Assembly (NCBI RefSeq): GCF_963921235.1
Contig: NC_086100.1
Location: 11,594,001-11,658,000 of the forward strand
DNA: 64,000 nt
Source of the DNA: Mobula hypostoma
Taxonomy: Eukaryota
Direction of reading: 5' to 3'
The notes beneath the pieces were generated by a model. That model was not told the origin of the DNA, made no database searches, and was given only the letters and a program-made list of their open reading frames with translations. Positions 48,001 to 62,108 of the stretch are shown here, in pieces (the first letter of the stretch is position 1; the number at the start of each line of letters is the position of its first letter). The translations under genes were made by a program, and so were the position numbers.

Positions 48001-51000
48001 GTCCACAAAACCGTAAGACGTAGGAGCAGTTTTAGAATATCGAGTCTTCTCCGTCATTCCAACACGGTTGTTCCAGGATCCCGTTCAAACGCGTACACCT
48101 GCCTCCCCCTGCATATCGTCTGATCCTACGACAATTAACTTCCGCCTTAAATATATTCACTGAATTGGCCTCCAATGCAGAATGTAGCAGAGCATTCCAC
48201 AGATTCACTACACACTGGCTGAAAAAAAGAAATAATATTGCCTTTCCGCTTTTCTAAAAGGTCACTGCTCAATTTTGAGGTTGTGCATACCCGCACGACA
48301 GAAAACGTCCCTTCCACTTCCACTCCATCTATTCTTTTCAACATTAGGCAGGTTTCAATGAGATCACTCTGCGTTTCTCTCAAATACCGCGTGTATACGC
48401 CCAAGGCTGGCAAACGCCCCTCATATATTAAACCCTTCATGCCTGGAATAATCGTCATTCATCTCCTCTGGACACTCTCCAATGACTATACATCATTTCT
48501 GAGATATGGGTACCAAAACTGTTGACAATGCTCCAAGAGGGAACTGGCATGTATCTTATAAAGACTCAGCATTATCTCCTTTTTGATGTCCTTTTTTCCT
48601 TTTTCCCGATTTTATTTTGAATATTAGGAGTCTTGCACGAGGGCTAGTGATCTTTGAAACTTCACCCCATTCAGATACTCGTCCGCACAATGATTCCTTT
48701 TATCAAAATGCATAGTCATGCACTTCCCAACGCTATATTCCGTCTGACAATTTTTTCCTATTTATTTACAATTTGCTGAAGTCATCCTGTAATCCCGTTG
48801 CTTCCTCAGCACTACCAACCCCTTCCATCTTTCTTTGTATCATCCACAATCTTTGCCGCAAAGCCATCAAGTCCGTTACTCCAAATCATTGAAAAGCAAT
48901 GTGAAAAATTGCGGTCCCAGTGCTGATCCCTGAGGAACATCACTAGTAACTGACAGCAAAACAGAAAGGGCTCCTTTTATTCCTAATCACTGACCCCTGC
49001 CTCCACTCCGCTATCGATGTCAGTACCTTTTCTGATCGGATTTAAACTTGTTAAGCAGCCTCATGTGTGGCACCTTCTCAAATGCCTTGTGAAAACCCAA
49101 GTAAATTTATTCCACTGGCTCTCCTTTTTCCACCATGCTCGATACTTACTTGAAGAAATCTAACAGATTTGAAGGCCAAAATTCCTTTACAGAAACCATG
49201 CTGACTTTCACGTGTTTTATCAGTAGTCTCCAAGTACCTCGAAACCTCATCCTTAATAACAGACTCCAACATTTTACCAACCACAGAATTTAGTCTAACG
49301 GTGCTGTCGTTTGGCTACCTCTCTCCACTGAAGAGTGGAGTGATATTTGAAATTATTTGGTTCTCCAGGTCCATGCCTGAATCAAATATTTCTTGAAAGA
49401 TTATGACTAACGCATCCGTTAACTCCTCAGCAAACTCTCTCAGAACTCCGTTAGGTAGTGCATCTGGCCTAGGTGACTAGTTCACCTTTAGATCTTTGCG
49501 TTTCCCTTGCACTTTTTCTTTTGTATAGAAATGATACTCATTCCGGCTCCCTGACACTCACTGGCATATGGCACACTGCTAACGTTTTCCACAGTGAAGA
49601 CAGATGGAAGGTACTAATTTCTTTGTCCCCTATTACTACCTCAGCAGCATCATTTTTCAGTGGTCCAACATCCCCCCTCCCCCCTCCGTTTTACTCTTTA
49701 TATAACTGATAAAAGCTTTTGGTATCACGCTTTATGTTATTGGCTATTTTGCCTTCATATTTCATCTTTTCCACTTTATTGCTTTTCTAGTTGTTTTTTG
49801 TGGATTCAAACAACCTCTCACTCAGTGTTGCTACCATATATACGCTTTAATTGGCTTTCATGCCGTCTTTAACTTCCAGTGTCAGCCACGGCTGCCTCCC
49901 TCTGCCATTTGAGAACGTCTTCCTCTGTGGGGCATATCTATCCTGCGCCGTGTGATCTATTACCAGAAACTTCAGCCATCTCTGCTATGCCGTCATCCCC
50001 ACCAGTATCCTCCTCCAATCTACCTGGGCAAGCTCCTCTCTCATGCCTCTGTAATTCCTCTTATTTCATTGCGACTCTGATACATATGACATCCGCTTCT
50101 CCTTTTCAAGTTTCCGTATGAATTCAAAGATATCATGATCACTGCCTCCTAACGGTTCCTTTACATTCATCTCCCTAATAAGATTTGCGTTATTACACAG
50201 CACCCAGTTTAATATAGTCTTTCCCCGAATAGCCTCAAGCACAAACTGCTCTAAAAAGCCATCTGATAGGCATTTAACATATTCTCTCTGTTGCAATTGG
50301 ACTCCAACCTGATTTTGCCAATCCCCTTGCATATTGAATTCACCATTTCAATGGTGTCATTACCCTTATTACACATCAGTTTCAGCTCCCTTTGAAATCT
50401 CAGCTCCACATTTTGGCTACTATGTGAGGGCCTATATATGATTCCCAATTTTTTTTTACATTTTCAATTTCTTAACTCCACCCACAAAGATTCAACATCC
50501 TCTGATCCGATGACATCTCATTCTATAGATGACATACAATCTCCGAACTATGGCCTTCTTATAACCACGACTCATGATGCCCCGTCCATGATACTTCCCA
50601 ATCTGTAAATGCGCCAAGAGTCTGTCCACTTCATCCCAAATGCTGCGCTTATTTAAACACAGCACCTTCAGTACTACATTCTTCGTCCTTTTGAATTTTG
50701 CCCCTGTAGAACAAGTTAACTCTTTGCTCTGTCTGCATTTGTACCCAATCAGTGGATTGTCCGTCATTACATTCATGTCACATCCTGCTGGCTAATCCAG
50801 AGCACTACGATACGGGTTCCAATCCAACTAGCATATTATTTTAATCCAAGAGCTCCAGTAAATCTTCCCGCAAGAATATTGGCGCTCTTTTGTTTCAAGG
50901 GCAACTCGTCCCTTTTGTTCAGGTCCCACCTGCCCCGGAAAGAGGTTACAATTAAATCTGAATCCAGAAATCTGAATCTCTGCTTGCTGCTCCAATTCCT

Positions 51001-51730
51001 CAAGCACACGTTGATCTGCAACTTCATTCTATTTCTATCCTCACTGTCGCGTGGTACAGGATGCAATCCCGAGAATTTCTCCCTTGAGGTCCTGTTTCGC
51101 AGCTTCCTTCCTAACTCCCTGTATTCGTTCTCCAGGATCTCCTCAATTTTTCCAGCTATGTCTTGTTACCAATATGTACCACAAATTCTGATTGCTCAAG
51201 CTGCCTTTTCGGGATATTCTGGACGCGTCCGGAAATATTGTGGATACAATCTACTATCCGTGCTTCCATTTCACGTCCTCATAGTCGTCCATCTCTCACC
51301 CTGAACATTGAGTCCCCTATTACGGCTGCCATCCACTTCATTTCCCTACCCTTCTGAGATACAGAACCAGACTCAGTGCCAAAGGCTCGGCCACTATTTC
51401 TTCCCTAGGTATGTCGTCCCCCGCCAACAGTAGTCAAAATGGAAAAATTATTGTTTCGGGAGACCGCCACAGGTGTGCCTTCCATTTTCCGATGTTCTCC
51501 CTTCCCTGTCCTGAAAATCACCCTTTTATCTGAGGCCTGTAGCCTTGGCCTGACCATCTCCCTGTAGCCTGTCTACCGCTGCTTCACTTTCCATAATTAG
51601 CTGAAGGTCATCGAGGTGTAGTTCCAGCTCCCTAACATTGTTTTTGACGAGCTTCACCTCAATTCACCCAGCGCAGATGTGGCAGATCGGGGTGGCTGGG
51701 AGTGTCCTGGACATCACATAATACCCAGAA
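48000..51730 (-). mobile_element. Degenerate near-full-length CR1
   Basis: ORF1 remnants near 50836-51700, YRP, GSDH, SQHGF and RT C-terminus. Confidence 0.82.
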
Positions 51731-51869
51731 CAGAACGCTTCTGTTGTATCTGGACAGTACTCCAATCAACTCTTTAGGCAAGCTTCCATGTCAGTCCCCG
51801 TGAAAGGCTTTGCAAAGGTCCAGAAGATAGCAATCACTGTCTTGCCGTACACGAATAGTATATGACATA

Positions 51870-53040
51870 CAAGAGTGCAATTAATAAGGATGTCAGGAGG
51901 GCTAAAAACTGGCTGTACTAGACAAGGTGATGGAGAATCCCAAGGGCTTCTACAGATACATTAAGAGAGAAAGGGGCAATGATCGTCTTTTGGGAGATAT
52001 CGTGGTAATCTAATATGGAGCTAAACGAGATGGGGGAGATTAAATGGCGACAAGGTGGTAGTATATGATTGCCTAACTGCCTCTAGGTCTGTGAATGGTG
52101 GCATGCTGCATGGGTCGGCGGTGGATCCGTTGTTGCTTGTCATCCGATAGGACAATCTGGATGATAATTTTGTAAACTGGATCAGTAAATTTGCCGATGA
52201 CACAGAGATGCGGGTGCAATGGACAGCGAGAAAGACCGTTAAAGCTTGCAACCTCATCCGGGCAGCCTGGAAGTATGAGCTGAGAAATGGCAGATGTAAT
52301 TTCCTACTGAGAATTGGGAGTTGTTGCACTTTGAGAAGGCAAACCCGGAAAGCACTTATGCCGTGAGTGGTAGGGCACTGCGGAATGCGGTAAGACAGAA
52401 GGATCTAAGCATACAGTTTCAAAATTCATTAACAGTGGCCTTATAGGTAGATAGGCTGATAAAGAGAAGTTCTGAAATGTTGGTCCGAATAAATCAATAT
52501 ACTGACTACAGGATTTCCGATGTTATGTTGAAGCCGTGCAAGACGTGTTGGATATTTAATTTAGAGTACTATGTACAGTTGTTGTAAACTACTTATAGGA
52601 AATGTATCAATAAGATTTAAAACGTGCAGAAAAAATTCACAAGAATGTTGCCAGGACTTGAAGACCCGAGTTACAGGAAAGGATAAGCTAAGTTAGCGCT
52701 TTATTCACTCAAGCATAAATGAATGAGGAGAGTTTATGTAGAGTAGACTAAATCATGAGTACAGACAGGATAAATACAAACAAATTTTTTCAACAGAGTT
52801 TTGGTGAGACTATAACTGGAGGTCATGGGTTTGAAGGGAAAGATGAAATATTTAGGTGGACCATGAGACGGGTGGTGAGATCGTGAAACGAGCAGCCAAC
52901 GGAAGTGTGGACGTGTTTAATTTCAAACTTTAAGTAAATTTTACATAGTTATTCAAGGCTATTGTGCGGGTACAGCTCGATGGGACTAGGATGAGCAATA
53001 GCTCTGCATGGGCTAGATGGACAGAAGGGCCTGTAGTGTT
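51870..53040 (+). mobile_element. Degenerate CR1 RT fragment
   Basis: ISKFADD at ~52181-52201 and CR1 3' motifs. Confidence 0.7.
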
Positions 53041-53658
53041 CTTTGAATCGTCAAAGCCAGTCTGGCATTGTAACGCTGTTCTCAAGATTAGTAAATATTA
53101 TTGGGCGAAGAGAAATGGAAAACATAGTCACACAAGATCGCAGCGTGTAGAAATAACCCACTCGGCTCTTCCAGCCTGTCGTAACATTCAATCTGATCAT
53201 ATCCGAATTATGCCGTCTTCAACTTCCTTTTTCTGACAAATCCCCGTTATCTTCAATTCTTTTCGAATATCCATCTGCATTTAATACATAACCTATCATT
53301 TACCACCCTCTTGCAGAGAATCCCGGAGATTCACCAACATTTTGGAGGCTTAGTAACGACGGGTACCACAGTTTAAATGATGAGCGTCTTACCTCGTGAG
53401 TGTTTCCCCTTGTTCGATCAGCCCTAACTGTTCAATCAATCTCAAATCTACCCTGAGGACCTATATCATTGAAAAATATCATCGCTGGTTTTCTAAACTT
53501 TTGAGCAAACAGACTAAACTCTGGAGACTGCACTTTAATATCAATACATTAGGCTAGAGCATGATTAGCAATATGTTTCTATATTATCACCCATATCCAA
53601 GGTATGCAACCATTTTTCATTTTGCCAACGGGAGTAGATGGTAAAAGAAGGACCATAC

Positions 53659-53886
53659 CTTATTTCGCTTCGTGTTCCACCTGATTTTCTCGACATTCAA
53701 AACGAGCTCGTGCCCTAACGGTGCCGAGCCGTCATAATATCCGACGTATACAATGTCAACGCTCCCCTTGAAATTCGCTTGTAAGTTCACGAATTCGTAT
53801 CGTGGAACGGGGTCTCCATTTTCATCAAAGTATGTTGGTTCTCCTGTCTTTGCTGTGAAAGTCACCTTGCGGAGGTAATGCAGTAA
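53659..53886 (-). CDS. Gene C exon 4
   Basis: LLHYLRKVTF...FDENGDPVPRYEFVNLQ...IRWNTKRNK; cag/GT boundaries; 228 bp. Confidence 0.95.
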
Positions 53887-54169
53887 CTGGGGGAGGGGGT
53901 TTTGGAGAAGAAAGCAATGGAGACTATTCCTTAATCTGGGTGTGGATTCAGCCTACTTAAGTGCAGACATACACATTTGCGATAAACGTAAATTATTGAT
54001 TTGTGCTGCATGATAAGCACCGCATAAAGACGAGAAATATATTTAAGACTGCCAAGGGAAGGTTGCAGCTACTTTAGAAATATTATAGGGGATTCCCCAG
54101 ATATTACCACCAAATAAGATACTGTGGTTTTAGATCCGAGGGAGGTCCTCAAACCCGTTCTCTAAACTT

Positions 54170-54450
54170 GCATACCATTGCAGTACCACGGGAGTGGAAC
54201 CCTGTTCGATATACAGTCAGGTGCTGACCTCTCACACTACCTAATAAAGAGTAATAAAGTCCCCAGGGAGCTACTATAGAGAAAGCAGGAGAGTTCTACC
54301 AGTGATCTTGCAAATATTCATGCTTGAATCATTATCCTCCGTAAATGAACTCAGCGTGCATCGCAGTTATTGGAAGAAATTGTTATCCTGTACATTAGAT
54401 ACTGCATTCCCCACTGATTAAGATATTGACGTACTAAACATTTGAAACCA
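54170..54450 (+). mobile_element. Possible ancient DeuSINE-like fragment
   Basis: GCAGTACCACGGGAGTG and GCAGGAGAGTTCTACCAGTG..CAAATATTCAT resemble the Deu domain as I recall it; heavily diverged. Confidence 0.35.
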
Positions 54451-54624
54451 TTTTCTGAGAATAAGTGTTTGGCCATCACAAAGGGAATCTATTGCTGAAC
54501 TATAGAAGATAGTGGTTGCATACTCGAAAACGAAAATGGAACACGATATATGATTCAGAATATTCTCATGACTGATGGCCTTCAAAATGGGGTTCTTGCT
54601 TTATAAAGAGAATTGCATGCCTAC

Positions 54625-55458
54625 CTGCCATGGCTCGAAATTTGCAATATGTGCGCATGTATGATTCCTAAAAGGTCCGTCGCCCTCTACACAGGTTAAC
54701 AGATTGTGAAGTGCATGAGCGATGGAGTAGACAGCTGTATACACGTGGTATGAACTCCCATCCGTTATTGCCGAAAGGTACGCATTTTCCATCCCTTCCA
54801 TCCGTTCCTTCCCTGTACATTGCCTAGTTTGACCCGGAGACTTCCCCAGTTTTGCCCCGTTGTCTGTGGCAAAAGAGCAGGAAAACACAGTTTCCCAAAA
54901 TTCCCTCACCAAATTATTGCCAGGAAACTTAGAAGGATGGACGTTATGGAGAAAATCTCTGAGATCATCTATCTCTGTCCGTCGGGTGGTTGGACCGATT
55001 GTGCCTCCGAGATAAATTACTCTTTCTTCAGGGAGGAGAAGATCGGCTGTCACCCACGCCTCACTCCCAATCCACTGTACACCGGTGACATTTTGACGCA
55101 CAATTTCATTCAATAAAATTCGCATATCACCAACGTGAACAAAGGCCACCACTACTTTAGTGGACGCCTGCTTAATCACCTGGACAATTTTTGTGATTTT
55201 CTCTGGAGGGTCTGTCCTGTAAAATGACTCAGAGTAGGCAATACAAACACCAAACTTTTCCACATGTTCCACAAATCCTTGCATTCCAAAATTACCGTAT
55301 TCGGTGTTACTCCTAATTGTTCCAATCCAAGTCCAGCCAAAAGTTCTCACAAGCTCAGCGAGGATTTTGGACTGGTACTGATCGCTGGGAATAGTTCGAA
55401 AAAACGTGGGATATTCACTTTTATCACTGAGGCAGGAGCAGGTGGCGTAGTAACTAAC
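54625..55458 (-). CDS. Gene C exon 3 (Venus flytrap domain)
   Basis: [26 protein letters not shown]...FGWTWIG...GSEAW...SIAHALH...FEPWQ; 834 bp. Confidence 0.96.
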
Positions 55459-56328
55459 CTGTTGAGATGAAGGTAAATTAATTTTGAAATTTGAATATAC
55501 AGCATTAAAAAATAGAGCGTTACTTGCACAATTTACAACGTTGCATAAACTGCTTACTGATTACTCTGTTTATAAAGCTAAGGTTAGCCACATCAGGTTC
55601 ACTGCTGTCAATTTTGGTCGCTCGATTACCTGAACGATGCAGTGGCTTTCGATAAGCTGCAGGCTGGGATTACAAAGTTGCTGCCTGCATCAGACGACCT
55701 GTGCTATAAGGAGAGTTTGGTCAAACTTCACTTCACCAAAGTGAAACTTCATTTGATCGGGAGGATTAGGGGATAAGTGATAGAAATATGTAAGATTATT
55801 GAGAGTCACAGGTAGGGTGGAATGTCGGTGTTTCTTTTTTTTTTTTATCTCCAGCAGTTCTTATATCACATACAGGCATTTGAGATGAGAGCCAGGAAAT
55901 ATCAAAGGAGGTATACACCACTTTTTTTCTTTCACAGTGTTCCATGTCTTGACTGTGCTGCCTATTGTGGTGAAGGAGGTAAATAGGAGAAAGACATTTG
56001 AGAACTTCTCAGATGGGTACTTAACTGTCAATAGAAAGGAAGAAGATGTATATTCTGCGGACGATAAGGACTAGTTCAACTGATTATTTAAATAATACTT
56101 TAATTATACCAGCTCAACACATCAACCAATTGGAAGACTCCTGGGTTGTATTGTTCTATGTTTAGTCTTCTACGTTCTATTACAGCAAAATGTAACAGAG
56201 GATATGTTAACATGTGTACAATGAATGCAGCATAACCACTTTTTGCATATTTCAAAGACTATAAAATCTCACGATATAAAGTAAATTTTTTGTTGTTATT
56301 TTATCCAAGTTAAAGCATCACTGTTGAA

Positions 56329-59300
56329 GACCATATGACCATAAGACAAAGGAGCAGAAGTAGGCCATTCGGCCCATCGAGTCTGCTCCGCCATTTTATC
56401 ACGAGCTGATCCATTTTCTCCTATTTAGTCCCACTCCCCTGCCTTCTCAGCATAACCTTTGATGCCCTGGCTACTCAGATACCTATCAATCTCTGCCTTA
56501 AATACATCCAATGACTTGACCTCCACTGCTGCCCGTGGCAACAAATTCCATAGATTCACCACCCTCTGACTAAAAAATTTCTTCGCATTTCTGTTCTGAA
56601 AGGGCGCCCTTCAATCCTTAAGTCATGCCCTCTCGTACTAGACTCCCCCCATCATGGGAAACAACTTTGCCACATCCACTCTGTCCATGCCTTTTAACAT
56701 TCGAAATGTTTCTATGAGGTCTCCCCTCATTCTTCTAAACTCCAAGGAATACAGTCCAAGAATGGACAAACGTTCCTCATATGTTAACTCTCTCATTCCC
56801 GGAATCATTCTAGTGCATCTTCTCTGTACCCTCTCCAACGTCAGCACATCCTTTCTTAAATAAGGAGACCAAAACTGCCCACAGTACTCCAAGTAAGGTC
56901 TCACCAGCGCCTTATAGAGCCTCAACATCACATCCCTGCTCCTATACTCTATTCCTCTAGAAATGAATGCCAACATTGCATTCGCCTTCTTCACTACTGA
57001 CTCAACCTGGAGGTTAACTTTAAGGGTATCCTGTACGAGGACTCCCAAGTCCCGTTGCATCTCAGAACTTTGAATTCTTTCCCCATTTAAATAATAGTCT
57101 GCCTGTTTATTTTTTCTGCCAAAGTGCATAACCATACACTTTCCAACATTGTACTTCATTTGCCACTTCTCTTCCCATTCTTCCAATCTATCCAAGTCTC
57201 TCTGCAGACTCTCCGTTTCCTCAGCACTACCGGCCCCTCCACCTATCTTTGTATCGTCAGCAAACATAGCCACAAAGCCATCTATTGCATAATCTAAATC
57301 GTTAATGTACAATGTAAATAGAAGCGGCCCCAACACTGATCCCTGCGGAACACCACTAGTAACCGGCAGCCAACCAGAATAGGATCCCTTTATTCCCACT
57401 CTCTGTTTCCTGCCAATCAGCCAACGCTCTGTCCACGTATGTAACTTTCCCGTAATTCCATGGGCTCTTATCTTGTTAAGTAGCCTCATGTGTGGCACCT
57501 TGTCAAAGACCTTCTGAAAATCCAAATATACAACATCCACTGCATCTCCCTTGTCTAGCCTACTGGTAATTTCCTCAAAAAATTATAATAGGTTTGTCAG
57601 GCAGGATTTTCCTTTAAGGAATCCACGCGGAGTTCTGCCTATCTTGTCATATGCCTCCAGGTACTCTGTAACCTCATCTTTAACAATCGACTCCAACAAC
57701 TTCCCAACCACGGGTGTCAAGCTAACAGGTCTATAATTTCCTTTTTGCTTCCTTGCCCCTTTCTTAAATAGCGGAGTGACATTTGCAATCTTCCAGTCCT
57801 CCAGAACCATGCCAGAATCTATCGACTTTTGAAAGATCATCGCTAATGCCTCCACAATCTCCACAGCTACTTCCTTCAGAACACGAGGGTGCATTCCATC
57901 TGGTCCGGGAGATTTATCTACCCCTAGACTATTCAGCTTCCTGAGTACTTTCTCTGTCGTAATTGTGACTGCGCACACTTCTCTTCCCTGCCACGCTTGA
58001 GTGTCCGGTATACTGCTGTCTTCCTCAGTGAAGACTGATGCAAAAAACTTGTTCAGTTCCTCTGCCATCTCCTCATCTCCCATTACAATTTCTCCAGCAT
58101 CATTTTCTATCGGTCTTATATCTACTCTCACCTGTCTTTTACTCTTTATATACTTGAAAAAGCTTTTAGTATCCTCTTCGATATTAATTGCTAGCTTCCT
58201 TTTATAGTTAATCTTTTCTCTCTTAATGACCTTCTTGGTTTCCTTTCGTAAGGTTTTAAAAACTTCCCAATCCTCTCTCTTCCCACTAATTTTTGCCTCC
58301 TTGTATGCCCTCTCTTTTGCCTTAACTTTGGCTTTGACTTCTCTTGTCAACCACGGTTGCATCCTTTTCCACTCAAAAATTTCTTCTTTTTTGGAATATA
58401 CCTGTCTTGCACATTCCTCATTTCGCGCATAAACTCCAGCCACTGCTGCTCTGCTGTCTTTCCCGCCAGTGTCTCTTTCCAGTCAACTTTGGCCAGTTCC
58501 TCTCTCATGCCACTGTAATTTCCTTTACTCCACTGAAATACCGACACATCAGATTTCGGCTTCTCTTTTTCTAATTTCACAGTGAACTCAATCATTTTAT
58601 GATCACTGTCTCCTAAGGGTTCCTTCACCTCAATCTCTCCAATCACCTCCGGTTCATTATACAATACCCAATCCAGTACAGCCGATCCCCTAGTGGGCTC
58701 AACAACAAGCTGTTCTAAAAAGCCATCTCGCAGACATTCTACAAATTCTCTCTCTTGAGATCTGGTGCTGACCTGATTTTCCCAATCTACTCGCATGTTA
58801 AAATCCCCCACAATTATCATAACACTGCCCTTCTGACAAGCCTTTCTTATTTCCAGTTGTACTTTGTAGTCCACATACCTGCAGCCGTTTGGAGGCCTAT
58901 AAATAACTGCCATCAGAGTCCTTTTACCCCTGCTATTTCTTAGCTCAACCCATAAAGATTCTGCACCTTCCGATCCTATATCACCTCTTTCTAATGATTT
59001 AACGTCATTTCTTACCAATAAAGCCACGCCTCCCCCTCTGCCTACCTTCCTATCCTTCCGATACACCGTGTATCCCTGGACGTTCAGCTCCCAGAGACAT
59101 GCATCCTTTAGCCAGGTCTCAGTGATGGCCACAATATCATACCTGCCAATCTGTAGCTGAACAACAAGATCATCCACCTTATTCCTTATGCTGCGTGCAT
59201 TTAAGTACAACACCTTAAGACCAGTATTTGATACTTTTTGCTTTGATTTCACTGGAACTTTATTGCACTGCAACTCATCCCAATGGCTACAAATTTGCCC

Positions 59301-59830
59301 CATCACCTGCCTGTCTTTCCTGACATCTTTACTGCTCACTATCTTAGATTTATTTCTGTTTTTCCCTTCCTCCGCTCTATCATTCCGGTTCCCATCCCCC
59401 TGCCAAATTAGTTTAAACCCTCCCTAACAGCTCTATTAAACTTTCCCGCCAGGATACTTGTCCCCTTCGGGTTCAGGTGTAACCTGTCCTTTTTGAACAG
59501 GTCATACTTCCCCCAGAAAAGATCCCAATTATCCAAAGAATCTGAAGCCCTGCCCCCTACACCAGTCTCTCAGCCAGGCATTCATCTGCCTGATCCGACG
59601 ACTCTTGCCCTCGCTAGCACGTGGCACAGGTAGCAATCCCGAAATTACTACCCTGGAGGTTCTGCTTCTCAGCTTCCTTCCTAACTCCTGGAAATCGCTC
59701 TTCAGGACCTCCTCCTTTGTCCTATCTATGTCATTGGTACCAACATGTACCAAGACAACTGGCTGCTCACCCTCCCCCCCTTTAGAATATTCAGGACCCG
59801 ATCAGAGACATCCCATACCCTGGCACCTGG
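56329..59830 (-). mobile_element. Young CR1 LINE, 5'-truncated within ORF1, ORF2 broken by a few frameshifts
   Basis: HVGTND; ORF2 pieces 58347-59339, 57583-58443, 56638-57540 with GDFN, SDH, FADD; TCTTATGG-like tail. Confidence 0.94.
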
Positions 59831-59913
59831 GATGGGATCTTATGTATGTATTGGTGCTAATAAGGAGACGGTACCATGATAATAAAAATGCAATCGAATA
59901 GTTGAGACGTTAC

Positions 59914-60205
59914 CAGCGGTATCCCGAAGGAACCGATTGTCCTGGCGGTTACGATGGAATTTGTAGATAGTTCGCAACCTATAATGGAGGCGACGTTGGA
60001 GGAACCTCGACATTGAGGGTATTCAATCGATTCGTCTTCTCCGTTGATCAAAGCGAGCGCTGCTTTCGAAGCGATCGCGGGGGACGAGCAGTCATCATGG
60101 ATCTGATACCCGAGTGTGATCCCCGGAAGTAGATTCTCATTTTGGTTTATTTCTTCAATGGCAAAGATCATCGTTTGCGCCAATCGGAAATTTGCTAGCC
60201 AAAAA
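59914..60205 (-). CDS. Gene C exon 2
   Basis: FWLANFRLAQTMIFAIEEINQNENLLPGITLGYQIHDDC...FGIPL; cag/GT boundaries; 292 bp. Confidence 0.96.
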
Positions 60206-60489
60206 CTGTGGGGTGATTGCAGCAGGAGGTGATAAATATCTTCAGATTACCAATTCAATCAGGAAATTGCATTAGAGAATTTTGAATTTGAAATTTTAAA
60301 AATTTAACAATTTTCTTTCTATCGATACAGGGTGTCACAACACTGACGTCGAATTCGGATGCACACAATTTCACCAGCTCAATAGACATAATTCGTTCCA
60401 TTTTACAATAAACAGGTTTCAAGAGACGACTCGAATGGAATCATATTCCTTGAAGTTTGTGCCCGACCTCGACGTGAATAACAAGGTCA

Positions 60490-60770
60490 AAGCAACACAG
60501 AAAAAATGGTGAAGTAACTCAGCATGTCAGACTGTGTCTACGGAAAGAAAGTCAACGTTTGCCGTTGTCGGTCGAGACCCTTCGTCAGTGTTGGATAGGA
60601 AAGGGGCATACTTCACATGGTCATCGAGCCGGAAGACAGCAGCCTTTCCAGTTCTGATGAAAGCCCCCCCGCCCCCAAACACCGGCCGAATATTCTCCTC
60701 CTTCCGTCGGCCTTGAGCTCCTCCAATACTTTGTGTGGGCCGTTCAAGATTTCCAGCAGCTGCAGAGATT
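60490..60770. mobile_element. Old inverted pair of Penelope-derived termini with decayed hammerheads
   Basis: Minus-strand CTGACGAAGGGTCTCGACC (~60570-60588) and plus-strand CAGTTCTGATGAAAG (~60649-60663). Confidence 0.55.
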
Positions 60771-61334
60771 CTTTTCCCTTATAGCAAGAACGCAGTGCGC
60801 TCAGGTGATGAGAATCTCTGCAGCCGCTCTGCATTAGTCAGTTTACTCATGCGAATAATCGAAAAGTTTTGTGAGATGTTGTGCTCAGATAACTCTGATT
60901 AGAAATATTACGGACACAAACTGGAGGAATTTTAAGTGTTAGTGGACAGAATCTTATTAGAAATGCCAAATAAAGGTGCTGGAAATCTTTACTCACGCAC
61001 AGAAAACGCAAGAGGAACTCACTAAATAGTCTACATTTCCGGCTGAGTTCCCACATCAAGACTCATCATGATATACGTGTCTTCAAGTGATTTTCATCAT
61101 TATCTCTGAACTGTATTCAAATTGGGTGATATCAATTAAATTTAAAGACACATAGAACATAGAAAAAATTAGCATAGGTCATAGAAAAGTTGTGCTAAGT
61201 AATTGCCCTGCTTATTCAATGCCAAACTAAACGAATCGCTTCTGCCTACACAATATCCCTCTCCCTCCATTTATTATACATTCACCGAAGTACTATTGAA
61301 ATCGTTTATCATGACATTAGAAAACAGCAGTATA

Positions 61335-61850
61335 CTGCCCCAACTCTGGTAATGAAAGGCCAGCGGATAAAGCGTGTTGGAGAATACAAGTACCTCAGCG
61401 GAACTACGGATAGCAAAATCACCTTTAAGATCAATGGTGGGATGATATTCTTCAAGTGCCAACAGCAGCTGTTTTTCCTTCGGAAGATGCAGAAACATCA
61501 GGTGCAGCCATCATTTTTCCAGACATTTTATAAATGATCCATGGAATCAGCATTATCCTCGTCATCACGGCACGGCTTGCCGCAATGAGCGCTATCAACC
61601 TCACTCAGTAGAATAGTCAGAGTAAGTAGGAAAATCATTGGCCAGGAATAAGATTCACTCATGAGAGAAGGGCAATAAAGACGGTTCAACAAATAGTACG
61701 GGACATTACACATGCACATCACACATAACACACACTCTCATGCTATTTGGACGCCGCTACAGATCCCTGCCATCAGCAGAGGAAGAGCCTTATCCAGTGT
61801 TGTACCTGCGTACATTCACCGCCTGAACACCCAGTTCTCAATATAAAATA
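61335..61850 (+). mobile_element. Rex1/L2-type LINE RT C-terminal fragment
   Basis: RVGEYKYL...KCQQQLFFLRKM..V...FQTFY pattern. Confidence 0.65.
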
Positions 61851-62108
61851 TACATAGAAGCTGTGGCAGTAAAAAGAGTCAGTTTTAATACGGGTACTTA
61901 CATTTTAAATACATTCTTTCATTTTTAGTATTTACTTTATACTGAGAGTATTTTCGTTGCGTTTCACTATGTATAGTGTGATGTTTTATATCTTAAGTTC
62001 TGTGACGTTGTCCTTACAACTGCACAAACGAAGCAGCTACTTATTTTTAAAACATGAACAGGAAGTATATGGGTCCAATAAAAGGTCTCCATTGTTCATT
62101 TGCTTCAT

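Noticed and set aside
55347-55529. Apparent frameshift at the start of gene C exon 3
   Set aside because: The true frame from 55458 is open and continuous with the ORF at 55350; the track simply lacked a start codon there.
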